Shown here one piece after another: positions 24,176-36,745 of a stretch of 64,000 bases of DNA (positions are counted from its first letter, which is position 1; every line of letters begins with the position of its first letter). Both the position numbers and the translations under genes were made by a program. The DNA comes from Botryllus schlosseri. Lineage: Eukaryota. The stretch is taken from assembly GCA_051294905.1 (NCBI GenBank), contig CM119371.1, positions 39,310,001 through 39,374,000 of the forward strand. Reading direction: 5' to 3'. A model generated the notes under the pieces. That model saw nothing but the letters and a program-made list of their open reading frames with translations. It did no database searches and had not been told where the DNA came from.

Positions 24176-26620
24176 TTGATATCATTTCTATATTATTATG
24201 TACGGATGCAGTAGCAGTAATTAGTCATCGGCCACCTCTACATATCTCGTAGATATATGACCAGTGGATTGTACGATTTACATATAGCACATTCCAGAAG
24301 ACTGACCTGACAATACACTTCGCCTAACGCTGTACGAAATACGCGGTGTCTGGCCAATATATTCGTGTCTATCAGTCACACGCGGCATTCATAACATGCG
24401 TCAATCCCGTTCACAGCAACTGAAACGCCTACTTGCGATGCGAAAAGATGTCTTCAAATACAATATTGTTGTGTCATGACTAGCGTCTGCTGGTAATATT
24501 TCCTGGTTCAAACATACGGGATATCTCACTTCGAGTGCAGTTAAATTGCCGCATCACGTCGCTTTGAAATGGAATGACAGATTCCTCGCAAATAGGTAAT
24601 AAACCCGGATAATTGAGATATCAATAAAACTCGATAACTTTGCAGTAAAATTAGTATGCTGTAGCTTAAAGTTCCTCCGTCGAAAGAATCTGTTCCGTGT
24701 TCAGTTCAATGTTAATATGACAGATAGCAAATGGACGAGGATTGAGAAACCGCTCGGCCTGATCATTTCAACGCCCGCAATTGATATCAACAGGTATAAA
24801 TAGCTACCACCACAAGCTTTGGTAACGCCGAAGTGTACGGGAACGGGTAATTTACCGTTAATATATTGATCAATCTGTTTGGGTGAGGTCGATGTGAATA
24901 GAAATCGGTAATTCGATGAAGCAAGCCGCTGCATCAAGTCGACCGAAATTCTGGCAGCATACGTCAAATGATACCACTGCTGAATCTCTCTTCTCAAATG
25001 GAACCGACAAGTTTTGCCTTCCAAGTTATAAAGCTCGAATCTAGTTATCTCTATTGAAAGGATGGTAGCCTATGTTTACCAAGGTCATTGTATTTACGCC
25101 GTAGCGTAACGATGACTTCTGATCGCGTACCAGGGAAATACCTCAAGTATAGTTCATAGGGAGGATAAAAAATGACGTATTCTATAGAACTGCTAAGGCA
25201 GGCCTCATAGTCGTTATTGTAAAATGATAGCTATGGCTGACTTATAACAGCTGGTTCGCATTGAAGTAAGACGTTGTGAAGTTGCGTCATTGGAAGTCAT
25301 CAGATTACTTGGGATACACATCATGTGTTTATCGCAGTAGTGGAGAAATTCGGTACCTTGACTCATGCGTGACTCTATAGTGAATACGATCACTTATACG
25401 GGGAAATATTCAGGTATCTTGCTCAAACTATGGGTATGAATACTTGAGATCAAGCGACACAGACGCTTTCATCGTAATTATCATGTTTCGATTCCAGATA
25501 CTTCAAGACTTGCAATACAGTTAATAAAAAGGAAGGAACAGAAACGACTAATTAATCAAACTCATTTCTTAGCCTACAAATATATAGTTAGCAATCGGAC
25601 AAAAAACGTGATAAAGGAGGCATACACGCCATAGTCTAGTTTTAATGAGAAATGTCATTCAGAATTCCAGGTAAACAATGAAGAGACATTTTACAGAATA
25701 GTGTACAGGCGAAGTCGCTGTGTCAAGATCAATTCGACAATCTCAATACGCACCCTATATTAATCCGATAAAATGGGCATGCATTTAGACTTCAAGGTGG
25801 TCATCGGTCATACTTTGAAAGCTCTGCCATCGAACCAAAGAGGGCTTGTACACATGTGCGTTAGATTTCATAGTACTGAAGGTGTCAAATTCAGCGGACA
25901 GATACATAGATTGAAAGAATACATTAACTAGCAATTTCTAGCTACCTCGTTTCTTTATTATTCAAGGCTCGATTTGATCGAAAAGAATCTCACAGAACTA
26001 ACTTACATAATATTAGTCGTATAACTGAATTCGGTATACGTATTTACAGGTGATATAGTCACTTTCGTTTAATCGTGTTTTTGCGTTTGGTTGCTACTAC
26101 TGCGCCAACATTGGGTTTGGCTGTGAATAGCTGGTGCTTTCGCGTGTGTCATCATTCTCCTAGCGAACGTATTAGATCGTTATGCTATTCACTCCCAGTT
26201 TTCTCTATTCAATTTATTGTGTGTTATGAACTTGAGCTGTATAAATGTCGTACGATAGGGGGTGTTCTTCAAGGATTCTGCTGTAGACCCTACGTACACT
26301 GTACCGGAATCATACTTATTGGATTACATGAGCGTGAGCTTGAGCATCCTGTATAATGAATAATTGTCCGATCGAATTTATATCAAACAGTTCAAGTTGC
26401 CTACATAAGAGGCCCTTGATTACAGGGGAAATGGCTATCCCATTTGCCTGGAAAATAACTGGACAGTTGATAGTTATACAGTTAGACAGTTCTGCAGGCG
26501 ATAATGTGTTGATTATAGGTTGCAAGGTCAATTTGATTTTGATGCTATAAGGTGGTAGCAACAGGACATGTTTTGTTCAGATAATACCACTTATACAAGT
26601 TTCTTTAATATTACGAACTG

Positions 26621-28255
26621 ATGATGTCGGGGAAGCAGTCGGTTCCGGAGCTGCAAATTTCGCAGACAATAACAAAGCACCTTCAGAGATCACGTTTCAG
26701 TGGGAAGTACGCAGATTTCAAAATCATAGTCGGCAGCAAAGTGTTCCCAGCTCACCGCTTTATTCTCGGAAACAAATCGGCGTTTTTCCGTGACCTGATT
26801 CATAATAACGCAAATAAAGACACCCCAGTATCGTGTGATCATTCGGAATACTCATCAGATGCTGTCGGCGTATGCTTGGAATACATTTACACAGATCGAC
26901 TCGAGTTCGAGTCTCACAACGCGCCGGCTGTTTTGCGCGTGGCGCATCATTGGACTTTGCGTTATGTCGTCACGAAGTGCGAGCAATTGCTGAAGACTAG
27001 CATAACGTCGTCAAACTGTATCAAAACAAGAGCGCTGGCTACGAAACTTGGCCTTGCGGACCTCGGGGAGTGCGCTAACAAGGCTATTCTTGGGCATTTT
27101 GAAATGGTGACTAAAGCTAAAGATCTAATCATTTTATCAGTTGATGATATGAAGTCCATTAAAGAGACAGCTATGGAAAGAGCATCAGTACGCATTAAAG
27201 ACTTATGGACTCTATTTTACACATGGCACAAACGAAAAAACAAGGCTGGATCTCACATCTTATGCGAATGCTTGCATATATTCCCGTTCGACCAGTTTAC
27301 AGTCACAGGTTTCAAAGAGCAGATATGGAAAAACGAACACGTGTCGAACTGTGACCAGTGTCAGGAAGTCGCGGTACGGGCGTTTCTGAGTACATTTGAC
27401 GAGCCACGTAAAGGCGACGACGTTTTATTCCTTAAAAAGCTCGCGAAGAAATACGATTTTCGTACGTTGAACGAAATTACGCGCAGACACATTGTAGAGA
27501 ATCATTTATTTATATTCACAAATCACGACATGGGCGAGCTCGATAACGATGATTTGATGGAGTGCATTAACGATATCGAGGACATGTGCACGCCCGGTGA
27601 GTTTACGGCGATCGTGAAATGGATGGTAAAATCGAAAAAGCGACAAGAAATTTTCCCGCAAATATTTAAATGCGTGGAGGATCCTACCTGCGCGCCACAC
27701 AACGTGTTTCTGTCCAGTATTGGCGGATTTTTTGGTCTTTCCGAACCCACTGCGGCAGAAGTAGCATGTTCTATTTCACGTGAGCAATATTGGTGGCCGA
27801 AATACTGCCTTTTCCTCAAAAAGCTGGCGGGAAAATACGACTGTAGCGTTACAGAGAAATTCGTGGATCAATGCATAGCCGGGGGTTTTGCCGAGGTCTG
27901 TGAAGACGTCGGTTTTTTAGAACTACGTGCTCCTGACTTGATAAATTATCTGTCGTCGAAGTCCACGTATAGCTGTCGTGAAAGCCAGATTTGGGGGGCG
28001 ATCATGTGCTGGATTCGTCATCACGAGTCGAGACGGGAGTCGTTTCAAGCTATCTTCGATTCGCTAAAGCTAGAAGAATTTACGACCGGTTTCCTGAGGT
28101 CGAACATATTAATCAACGCGTTAGTGATGGAGTCCAAAGCCAGTGTTTTCTCCGTGATGAGGGAGATTCTGCGAAGATTAGAAATATTGGAAAGCGAACA
28201 CGCGGAAATGAAGAAAAACCTTCGTAACAAAATCGATCGGAAACAGACGAAATGA
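26621..28255 (+). CDS. BTB/POZ-BACK protein, 544 aa, intronless, with three BACK-like units and no Kelch repeats
   Basis: BTB motifs ADFKIIVGSKVFPAHRFIL...SAFF and LEYIYT. BACK-like units start at NCIKTRALA, LFLKKLAKKY and CLFLKKLAGKY; the third has FLEL...ESQIWGAIMCWIRH...R. Charged coiled-coil-like C-terminus. Confidence 0.92.
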   Translation: MMSGKQSVPELQISQTITKHLQRSRFSGKYADFKIIVGSKVFPAHRFILGNKSAFFRDLIHNNANKDTPVSCDHSEYSSDAVGVCLEYIYTDRLEFESHNAPAVLRVAHHWTLRYVVTKCEQLLKTSITSSNCIKTRALATKLGLADLGECANKAILGHFEMVTKAKDLIILSVDDMKSIKETAMERASVRIKDLWTLFYTWHKRKNKAGSHILCECLHIFPFDQFTVTGFKEQIWKNEHVSNCDQCQEVAVRAFLSTFDEPRKGDDVLFLKKLAKKYDFRTLNEITRRHIVENHLFIFTNHDMGELDNDDLMECINDIEDMCTPGEFTAIVKWMVKSKKRQEIFPQIFKCVEDPTCAPHNVFLSSIGGFFGLSEPTAAEVACSISREQYWWPKYCLFLKKLAGKYDCSVTEKFVDQCIAGGFAEVCEDVGFLELRAPDLINYLSSKSTYSCRESQIWGAIMCWIRHHESRRESFQAIFDSLKLEEFTTGFLRSNILINALVMESKASVFSVMREILRRLEILESEHAEMKKNLRNKIDRKQTK

Positions 28256-31200
28256 ACGACGTATGTCTTTATCCCGGAACGTATAGATCTGCTCTGCTCG
28301 CTGAAACGCAGACATGTTTACCAAGCAAGGTTTGCTGGATGCAGTATTGCTTTGTTAGGCTTAACCTGGTGCTAACTAGAGAATGGGTTCCCGACCATTT
28401 TTTGGCGTAACCCCGTATTTGAATTTGAAAATGTATCAGTTATTCAGCCGCGCCGACGGCTTATATGTATCTGTATATGTATACTATTAACACATGAAAC
28501 TACCGGTTCATTCGTAGATTTCCAGGAACGAGAAATTACAGTCCTATTGATTTCCATGCACTCGACACTTTAATACTCATAGCAGTGGCCGGATATCATT
28601 CTCACTTTATGCCAGGTGGGGCTTTAAAATGATGCTCCTACTTCGTTCTTTTCTATTAAGAAAAATGAATTCGGATTTTCAGAAATGGCCCGCCCATAAA
28701 ATCCGTATCCCTATAGTTAACATTCTCGTAATAGTCATTGGTATTTAATTTCCGTCCCCAGGCCATCCAGAGATAGATAAACGACCCAACGTTGAAAGCT
28801 TTCGAACTAAAGTCTCACTGGTATCAAATTTTCTCAGCTTTCCTATGAAACCAATATTTGCGGATTGACAGTAAACGTTTCCATATTTAGTGGATTGCTG
28901 ATTTGCATAAATTTATATACCTGTTGATCGCAGCACCGTGACTAGGTCTACATTCCTTTCTATCAGTGGATACCTCTTGAATCGAGGGACTGCTAAACAT
29001 TTTGCAGACGTGTTCGAATGTTTCGGTGAAAATACTTATATTTCAATAATACTTTACTCCATATTATCCGTTTTGCTATGCTCCACGAATTTTATAAGTT
29101 TTTATATTGATTCGTATCTTTGATGTGAATAAAATCTTTATTATATCCTTGAACTATGTTCTATGCATCGCAATATCATAATATTGGCAAATTTATATTG
29201 TGTTAGCACGGCAGTCGATCAAGTGTCGTTGCCGATCGATTTGCACGCTGCATTTTTGGTTCGATTTGACAGGACATGCCAACGATATGTTAGAGCCGTC
29301 GTGAATTATAAAAAGCCCGTCTTGGACACGAAAGAGAGCATATGGTGGCTATTTCGCCCTAGCCACAGTGAGGAGCATCGGAGCGGAGTCGGAGTGGATT
29401 CGGAGCGGAGTTTTGCCGATTTTGTGACAGTCGGAGCGGAGTCGGAGTTTACTACAGATATTTTGTCGGATAATTTCGGAGTATTGTAACTTTTGTCTAC
29501 GATATATTTATATAGCTCTGACCAAAATACCCTATTGATTATGATTACAAACCAAAACACAGACAGTTGACACCTTGTAAAGCTGTAATATGACGGGTAA
29601 CATGCAAAAATGATTGCCTAGTGCATAAAAATCAGCCATCTGCACTGCAATTGGGGACTGGAAAGTAAGCAATACTATGAGGCCAACCATATTATCACAT
29701 GTACCATGTTGTACCATGTGTGCCATGTACCCCCTGATAAAGTGAGGCTCACGAGACGATTTCGTTGAGTCTGCGACAGCCTCTCGACCAAATTGCTACT
29801 AAGCAGGAAAACGTCAAGCCGAATTCAGCACAAGGCCGCTAGTGAAATTGTTCAACTTTTCAGGCCAACATATGAGCTAACGTGAAAAACATACCGTACA
29901 AAATTCATCGATTCAACTCAAGTCTATAGCAAGCGGACTTGGTGATTTATTTTTCGTCAGCAGCGACCCGACCGGTCAAAACAGGTCAAATTTGACTGTA
30001 CTTTACCAAAGTTTAGTGCGGTCTGCATTCGCCATAGTTCGGACAAATCTGAATATGTTTGGTCAATAATTGCTCAGTCAAAAATGGTTGCGCGTTAAAA
30101 ACCACATTTTTTCAGTCACAGGCAACTTTTTCATAGGGGGGAATTTTTGCTCAAGTATCGGCCAAGGGCATGCACGAGACAAAAAAGGTTGGGAACCACT
30201 GGCCTAGTGTTAGGCAATATCGTTGAGATATACCATACAAAATCTTGGCAGCCATCTCAGTAAGAAACATCGTCAAAATCAACGCGCAACAATACCGACT
30301 TTTGCGTATTTTATGCGTAGGTTTGATGACAGAACGGCGCTCACCTATTCTATACAAGACGTTTGGTACAAATCAAAAATCATTACATTGGTTCATGCTT
30401 ATGCATGTGCACAACATAACATTCATGACATATTTTGCAGTGACGTCCACGCACGGCAGACTGAGCTCAGCATGAAGCAGCGATTACTTTCCTTCGGCGC
30501 GTTATCTTTAATGTCATATCCATGAACAGGTCATCCAGCGCCAGGACTGGATTTGTAAATCATATTATATTGTTTCTTCAAATATGAAATAATGATGGCT
30601 GGGATCGCAGAACGGAGAGTAGTTTTGGCAATACGGGACCAACCAATTATCGAATGTGACTACAGTCGAATCTAATTATCAACTCAATGTGTTGTGGAAC
30701 AGATTTAGCAACTTGAAAGACGAATAGCGTTCAAAATGAGCTGTGTTCTCGAAAAAGAATTGAAACTTTTAAAGATTTTTGGCAGCAACCAGTTCTCTCA
30801 GAATGCAACTGTTTTCGTGCTACAGATGCAATATTGTATCATACGGTTGCTCCCTTTTACCTCATCCATCTCTGTGGTATCGAGGTCACTCATCATCACG
30901 TGCCATCGCTTCTTAGCTCTTAGCAAAATGATTACCACGCGATCAATCAGTCAGGAATTTTCGATACATATCGGTCGACAATAGGAAATAGGCCTATATG
31001 TGTACCACGAAACACGACGGTTTATAAACACACAGTTATGTTGCATTTAAAACTAAAATCAATTTAAAACAAGACCCTTTGTTTAAAACATGTTTTTATT
31101 GTGTTTTTGCTGTTGTTCAATCCATGACGTCATGAATATTCAATTGTGGCGTCATAGAGGATTGACATCGACAATTGAAGATGTAGGGTAAAATAGCTCC

Positions 31201-31286
31201 TTTGACGAAATATCTACGTCTAATGAGCTATGTCGCTGGCAATTCCCATTATTCCAAATGCACAAGTGGCGGCTCGTCCTGTAGGG

Positions 31287-32489
31287 CAGAGGTCTCAAAC
31301 TCAAATGTGCTCGCGGGCCAGTTTTCCAGTTTTGACGAAGCTGCGGGCCGCAACATTTATAGGGGTATGCTATGTCTTTCCAAGTAGGCCTTATTTTGCG
31401 GGAATGAATTGTCCTATTGAAAGAGAGCCGATCATACTGACTGACAGTGAACACACATTGTCAAAATGTGATTTACTCTTGTATCAATTTAGGCCTAGCG
31501 CGAATAGAATCATCACATTCATAACTATTTGAATAGAATTGTTGTTGTACTTGATATATATTAATTATAAGATATAGACACCATATGGCGGACAAATGTA
31601 TGAAGCCATCATAAAAGCTATCGGGTTATTAGTTTTCAGCTACTATGAATATTTTGAATTTAACAGATTTATAATAGAGACTGATCTGATATCAAAACAT
31701 TTTTAAGTTGAGCATTGTAATTCCAATCCATGATTCGGGTATACTTCGATAAGTAGGCTATTAATCTCATGGCCATATATCTTCAAATATAGGAGCAGAA
31801 AAAATATGAATATAATATAAATATATTATTGAATGTGTCCTAGTGATTGAAATGTCGGAACGCCGAACGGCCCATTGCTGTTACATCGTTGGAGCGTCCC
31901 ACTACGGTACTCGATACCTTTAAGTGGCCTTAATGACATGGTTTAGCGACCAAAATGTAACTAACAGATTGCCTATGGTTACCATAACAACTTGCTTAGT
32001 TAGCGAAATACCAAGCTGCGACCTTCTGATCTATTACTACCCTGATACGCGATTAGTTTGTTGCGTCCATGGTTCTAACAAATTCACGGCATTCCGAGTC
32101 ACTCCAAGTCTACTCAAGTCATTTTCATTTTGCCATCGAGTTAGCCCGAGTCTGAGTAATTTAGGCAAAGTCGCGTCCGAGCCCAACTCACAAATTTCAG
32201 TGACGAATCGTCTAAGGGTTACGATTTGTCATCATGAATTGGAAATGTGGCGAAATAGTGAATCTTCCACTGCATGGTAGCGTTTGCAATTCATGTGATA
32301 GTGAAGTTTGATGAATAGTTTGAGGCTTTCGGAACAATTTAAGAGAGCATTTTCACTTTTTAACCTGAAAAGATATATGTGACACTTCTATATTGTCAAA
32401 TTATTAAAAATGTAAAATGTCGTCGCAGGCCGCACAAAACGCTCTGGCGGGCCGCATGCGGACCGCGGGCCGCGTGTTTGAGACCTCTG
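31287..32489. mobile_element. Charlie-like hAT MITE
   Basis: TIRs CAGAGGTCTCAAAC ... GTTTGAGACCTCTG; perfect TSD CTGTAGGG (31279-31286, 32490-32497). Confidence 0.95.
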
Positions 32490-32728
32490 CTGTAGGGCAA
32501 CTGGGGCATTGACCAACCTAAATGTTCAATGACAATGATTTGCTATTTATAGGCGCTCGCAATCAATATTTACTGAAATCATGGCGGAAATCGCATTCTT
32601 TTTGTGCTTTCGCTTGTAAATGCCAATACATAGCGAACTCTCGACGAAAATCGAATGATCTTCTCTGTTTTCGCTTTGTAAATGCCTAGTCGGGTCTTGC
32701 CCTGGTAGCGCTCATAACAAGCTTTCAC

Positions 32729-33537
32729 CATAGTGTCCTATATGGAGTCGACACAACCAGATCTCACGCCTCAGTGAAATTGATTCACGTCACAATTTCC
32801 ATTTGGCTACAGGCAATTTGACGGTCATTTTTGACCGGCTTGCCGAGCATTCAATTTCGTAAAACGGGTATCAATCGAAAGCTGACTCTGCACTGATTAC
32901 GAAAATATAAATTTTATGCTGCTCGTGGCCCTGAAGCTCCCACAATCTGCCTCGAATTTTTCATTGTTACGGAGATTATTGGCATTGGGACGCAACGATG
33001 CTGTCTGGTGAAACGAGAGAGTAGCTCAAGAGAAAAAGAGCCGATATCAAGGTGTCACCAATTTCATTAATATCTGTAGTGCAGAATATGGATTCGGCTA
33101 TTTGACCGTACCTGTCCAGGGTTATTAAATGCAATATGGCTTCAAGTCGGCGTTGTAGCTGAACTTGGTTGATGTGTTCATAATGTCGGACCACTTGTAA
33201 ATACCGGCAGACTATGCAGAAGCTTCTATAGCCTCACCTGTCCTCGCTCGCTGCAACACTATTAGGCAGAAGCTGAGCAGCAAAAATCTCCCGTATCTTT
33301 GCCAAGCTTTGCATACGATAATGTGCATCCATCAATTTGCAGCATCTCAATTCCGTCAGTTCAAACAGCCGTAAAATGCCGCCATCGACTAAATTTACCA
33401 TCCTTGTTGAGAAGTTTCGTACCACCAGTGCGGCTGGCGTAGAGGTTGTTGCGTACGGTTTTTAACAAATGGAGAGGGTCGAAAATCAAAAATATCTCAT
33501 GCTGGGGGTTGAATATATTTTTGCATTTGTAAGGATA
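32729..33537 (-). mobile_element. P-element (THAP9-like) transposase remnant with a probable terminus
   Basis: Minus-strand peptides IFLIFDPLHLLKTVRNNL and (frameshifted) LMDAH...AAQLLPNSVAA match P-transposase GTP-binding-region motifs. The terminal segment starting CATAGTGTCCTATAT has a reverse-complement homolog at ~56815-57042. Confidence 0.75.
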
Positions 33538-36500
33538 CCGTAATTTTCCAAGTATAGTACGCCCCCATGTGCAATACGCACCCCTAAAATAGCATGTAAA
33601 TTCTGGGAAAAAGCCTGTACCCACGATGCCTATTACAGATGCGAATGCGCCTAGGCTAACGGTTACGTCATGCGCAACAGGTCTGTTGGAGATGCGACTG
33701 ATTACGCAAGCGATATCTTGCGCACACGGCCTCTTATGTATGTATAAATTGCATATGCGATTGTTTGGGCCTGTCGTTGACGCGATGAATTGGCGAGAAT
33801 TGCTGCTCACGACCAGGGCCGTAACAGCACTTCGTCAGGCCCCCCCAAAAAACTTTGGTCTTGGGCCCCCCATAGCGTTGTAGACCGAACTTCTGGGGGG
33901 CTTCGCCCCCCACACCCCCCTTCGGCGATACCCTGTTTACCGCTGTTTATCATATTCGTTACTTCTTTGTTTAGTGAATCAGCTTTTGTCGCCTAAACGC
34001 GCGACCACACAATAATAATTAAACATCTTCGGGCGTGCACCCGTTGGCAAGAACGAAACAGCACTTCGTCAGGCCCCCCAAAACGTGGGTCATGGGCTCC
34101 CACAGGGTACGCTTACCATATTTTGGAAATCTAAAAATAGGACACTTTTTCAGAAATTTGAGACTTTCAAAACCGGAGAAGAATTCTCAAAAACCGGTGA
34201 ATTTTTTCCACTTTGTGATCGGTTGACTAGAAAAAGTTCATCTTTCCGCTCAGAGTTCAAAATACCGTTTTTCTGCCAATATTGCTGGATGGATGACTAA
34301 AAAAAAGGTTAACTTTTCGCTCACAGCTAAAATCACAATTTTTCCCTCCGAAATACCCGCCGGAGCGTCACTTCTGTGCTAATTTACGGCATATCACTCG
34401 CAATTTGCTCTAAATCTGACCTATAATTTCAAAAAAGAGGACAAAATCTCAAAAAAGAGAGAAAAAGGGCGTCCTCCGAGGACCCTTTCAAAAAAGTCAA
34501 AAAAGAGGACAAATCCTATTAAAAGAGGACGTATGGTAACCCTACCATAGGGTGATGAAACGACCCGTCCATCACGTTGTTTGCGTTTGTCACGAAATCA
34601 TCTGTACTGTATTGTGAGCCAGCGCGAGGCGCGAAAATTTTCGATAATTTATGATAAAATCGGTCAATCAGATCGGGGATTGCATATATATTATGTTATC
34701 AATTTATTGTCCTCTCTACTCACGTAATTAGATTTACCGGTAGAGCTGAGTGAAGTGTCTTGAAATCGGGAGGGCCGGTAAATAATAATTAAACATCTTC
34801 GGGCGGGCGGACCCGTTGATATGACTTCGTTACATGATGTTATTTCGTGACTTCCAGTCTGCTATATCAAAAAATATAGAATCACTAAAACGTAGGCTTC
34901 TAAACTACGAGACGCACACGATTTCAAATTGGTATTTCTTCACTGGCATAAAATATTTCCCAGCGGGATGGTATTTGTCTTGTGAGGTTCAGATTGCAAA
35001 GACAGGAACATTCGGCGTCAGTCATTTAGGCGCCTATGGACAATTAAACCTATTTTTATTTTATATATATAACGCAGTCATCGGTCAGCATAAAGGGCAT
35101 AGACCTTTTCGGCCAAGGTTTTCTCGCTGCCGATCGTTCTGGCACACTTCTTGGAGCCGCGTGTTATACGGCCTAAAACTTGATTGTATGTCTTGGTGGG
35201 TCGTGGCGCGGTGATGGCCCAATACCAAATAATAAAGATAAATGGCTAATTGAATTCGCGCACAGCGCGAAAAAATGTTGAAAAATTGGCTCAAATTTTC
35301 AAAAAATACTTCATGATTTATGCTAATTCACGAAATAATTTTGGGCCCCCTTCGAGCTCGGGCCCCCCAATTGGGGGGTCTGGGGTGCGGCAGTTACGGT
35401 GCTGGATATAGCCTACATATATATTTAATTGTTCATAGGCGCCTAAATGGCTTGCGCCAAATGTTCCTGTTCTGGCGATCAGAACCCCACAAAAAAATGA
35501 CATCTCGCAGATATACCTATTTGAAATCGTGTGCGTCTTTAAGTTTAGTACGTATGGGCGATTTGAATATCTTTTGACATAGCAGACAGGACACGAAATG
35601 TCATTACGTAACGAAGTCATTATACCCACGGGTTCGCCCGAATATGTTCATTGTTCAATTATTATTTACGGGCCCTACATTTTCCAAGACACCTCACTCA
35701 GCTTTACCGGTAAATCTGAATACACATGAGCAGAGAGAGGATAAAAAATTGACAGCAATATATATGCAATTCCCGATCATATTGACCGATTCAATCATGA
35801 ATGATATAAATTTTTCGGGCTTCGCGCGGATTAAGCCGACTAACCTAAGAGTCCAACAATTTGTGCTGAGAAGTAGCGGTAAAGAGGTATCGGGGGGAGG
35901 GTTTGGTCTGATGGGTGCAGAAGTTTGCTTTGTCGCCCTATGGAGGGGGGGTCAAGACCAACGTATTGGGGGGCTGACGCAGTGCTGTTACGGTCCTTTT
36001 GGAATCAAGTCGGAGAAATCACCTTTTTTGTTAGTCAACTCACCAAAATTTAGCTGGAAAAGTGTACTTTAGAGGTCGACTCGAAAATTTGACCTTTTAT
36101 CTTAGTTAACTCGCCGGTGATTTCAGTCTGTATGCCCATTTTTCGGTTCCCAATATTTGGGGGGCAATGATCGGCGTGGAATTTGAAAAGGGGGCGATGA
36201 GTCGAAAAAAGGTTGGGAACCACTGGATTATATCTTGCGCACATGGCCTCTTGTGCATGCAATTGTTAAGACCTGTCGTTGACACGATGAATCAGCAAGG
36301 ATTCCGCGCACTCTTGTAGCAATCTGCGACCTAATTTCGCTCGCGTACAAACGGCAAACTAACTCAGCAAGAGAGCACGTATTGTGCAGAAGACTCTCGT
36401 TAATTGGCAACACGCTTCTCTATTTGACAGCGCCGTACACTCTATAATACGAATTACGGGGCATTGGAAACAAACATGAAGAAAGGTACGATTTCAAGTT

Positions 36501-36690
36501 CTTGATGGAGGGAGATTTTTTTCAAGGCTTGCTGTACCCATGTATAATGCGCACAGCCTATTTCAGGGCAAAAAAATCGGTAGAATTTTGCTCATTATAC
36601 ATGGAAAATTACGGTATTCCCCACTAGAAACCATTGAATTTCCCACCAGTGGCGAATTCCCCACCGTTTGGGAACCACTGGTCTATTATA
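33538..36690. mobile_element. cluster of nested MITEs (pogo/Tc1-like CCGTA ends; CAGGGCCGTAACAGCAC, TAGGGTTACCATA and CAGTGGTTCCCAA types)
   Basis: TA|CCGTAATTTTCCA at 33538 and TGGAAAATTACGG|TA at 36614. CAGGGCCGTAACAGCAC at ~33813 pairs with GTGCTGTTACGGTCC at ~35980. An AAAAGAGGAC-rich MITE ends TATGGTAACCCTA at ~34545. GGGAACCACTG ends at ~36225 and ~36680. Confidence 0.65.
34630..35827. repeat. diverged ~400-bp inverted repeat pair (34630-35048 / 35424-35827)
   Basis: Colinear reverse-complement matches, e.g. CATTTAGGCGCCTATG / CATAGGCGCCTAAATG, GACGCACACGATTTCAAAT / ATTTGAAATCGTGTGCGTC, AGATTTACCGGTA / TACCGGTAAATCT. Confidence 0.85.
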
Positions 36691-36745
36691 TCGCATTACG
36701 TTAACTGTTTATATGTATCCTCACATCTGCACTACGCTTACCTAC

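Noticed and set aside
24701..25024. 107-aa minus-strand ORF
   Set aside because: No recognisable motif and no splice-compatible neighbours.
33361..33810. 149-aa ORF as an intact gene
   Set aside because: Chimera: the N-terminal part is read from a MITE and only the C-terminal part is P-transposase, which then frameshifts.
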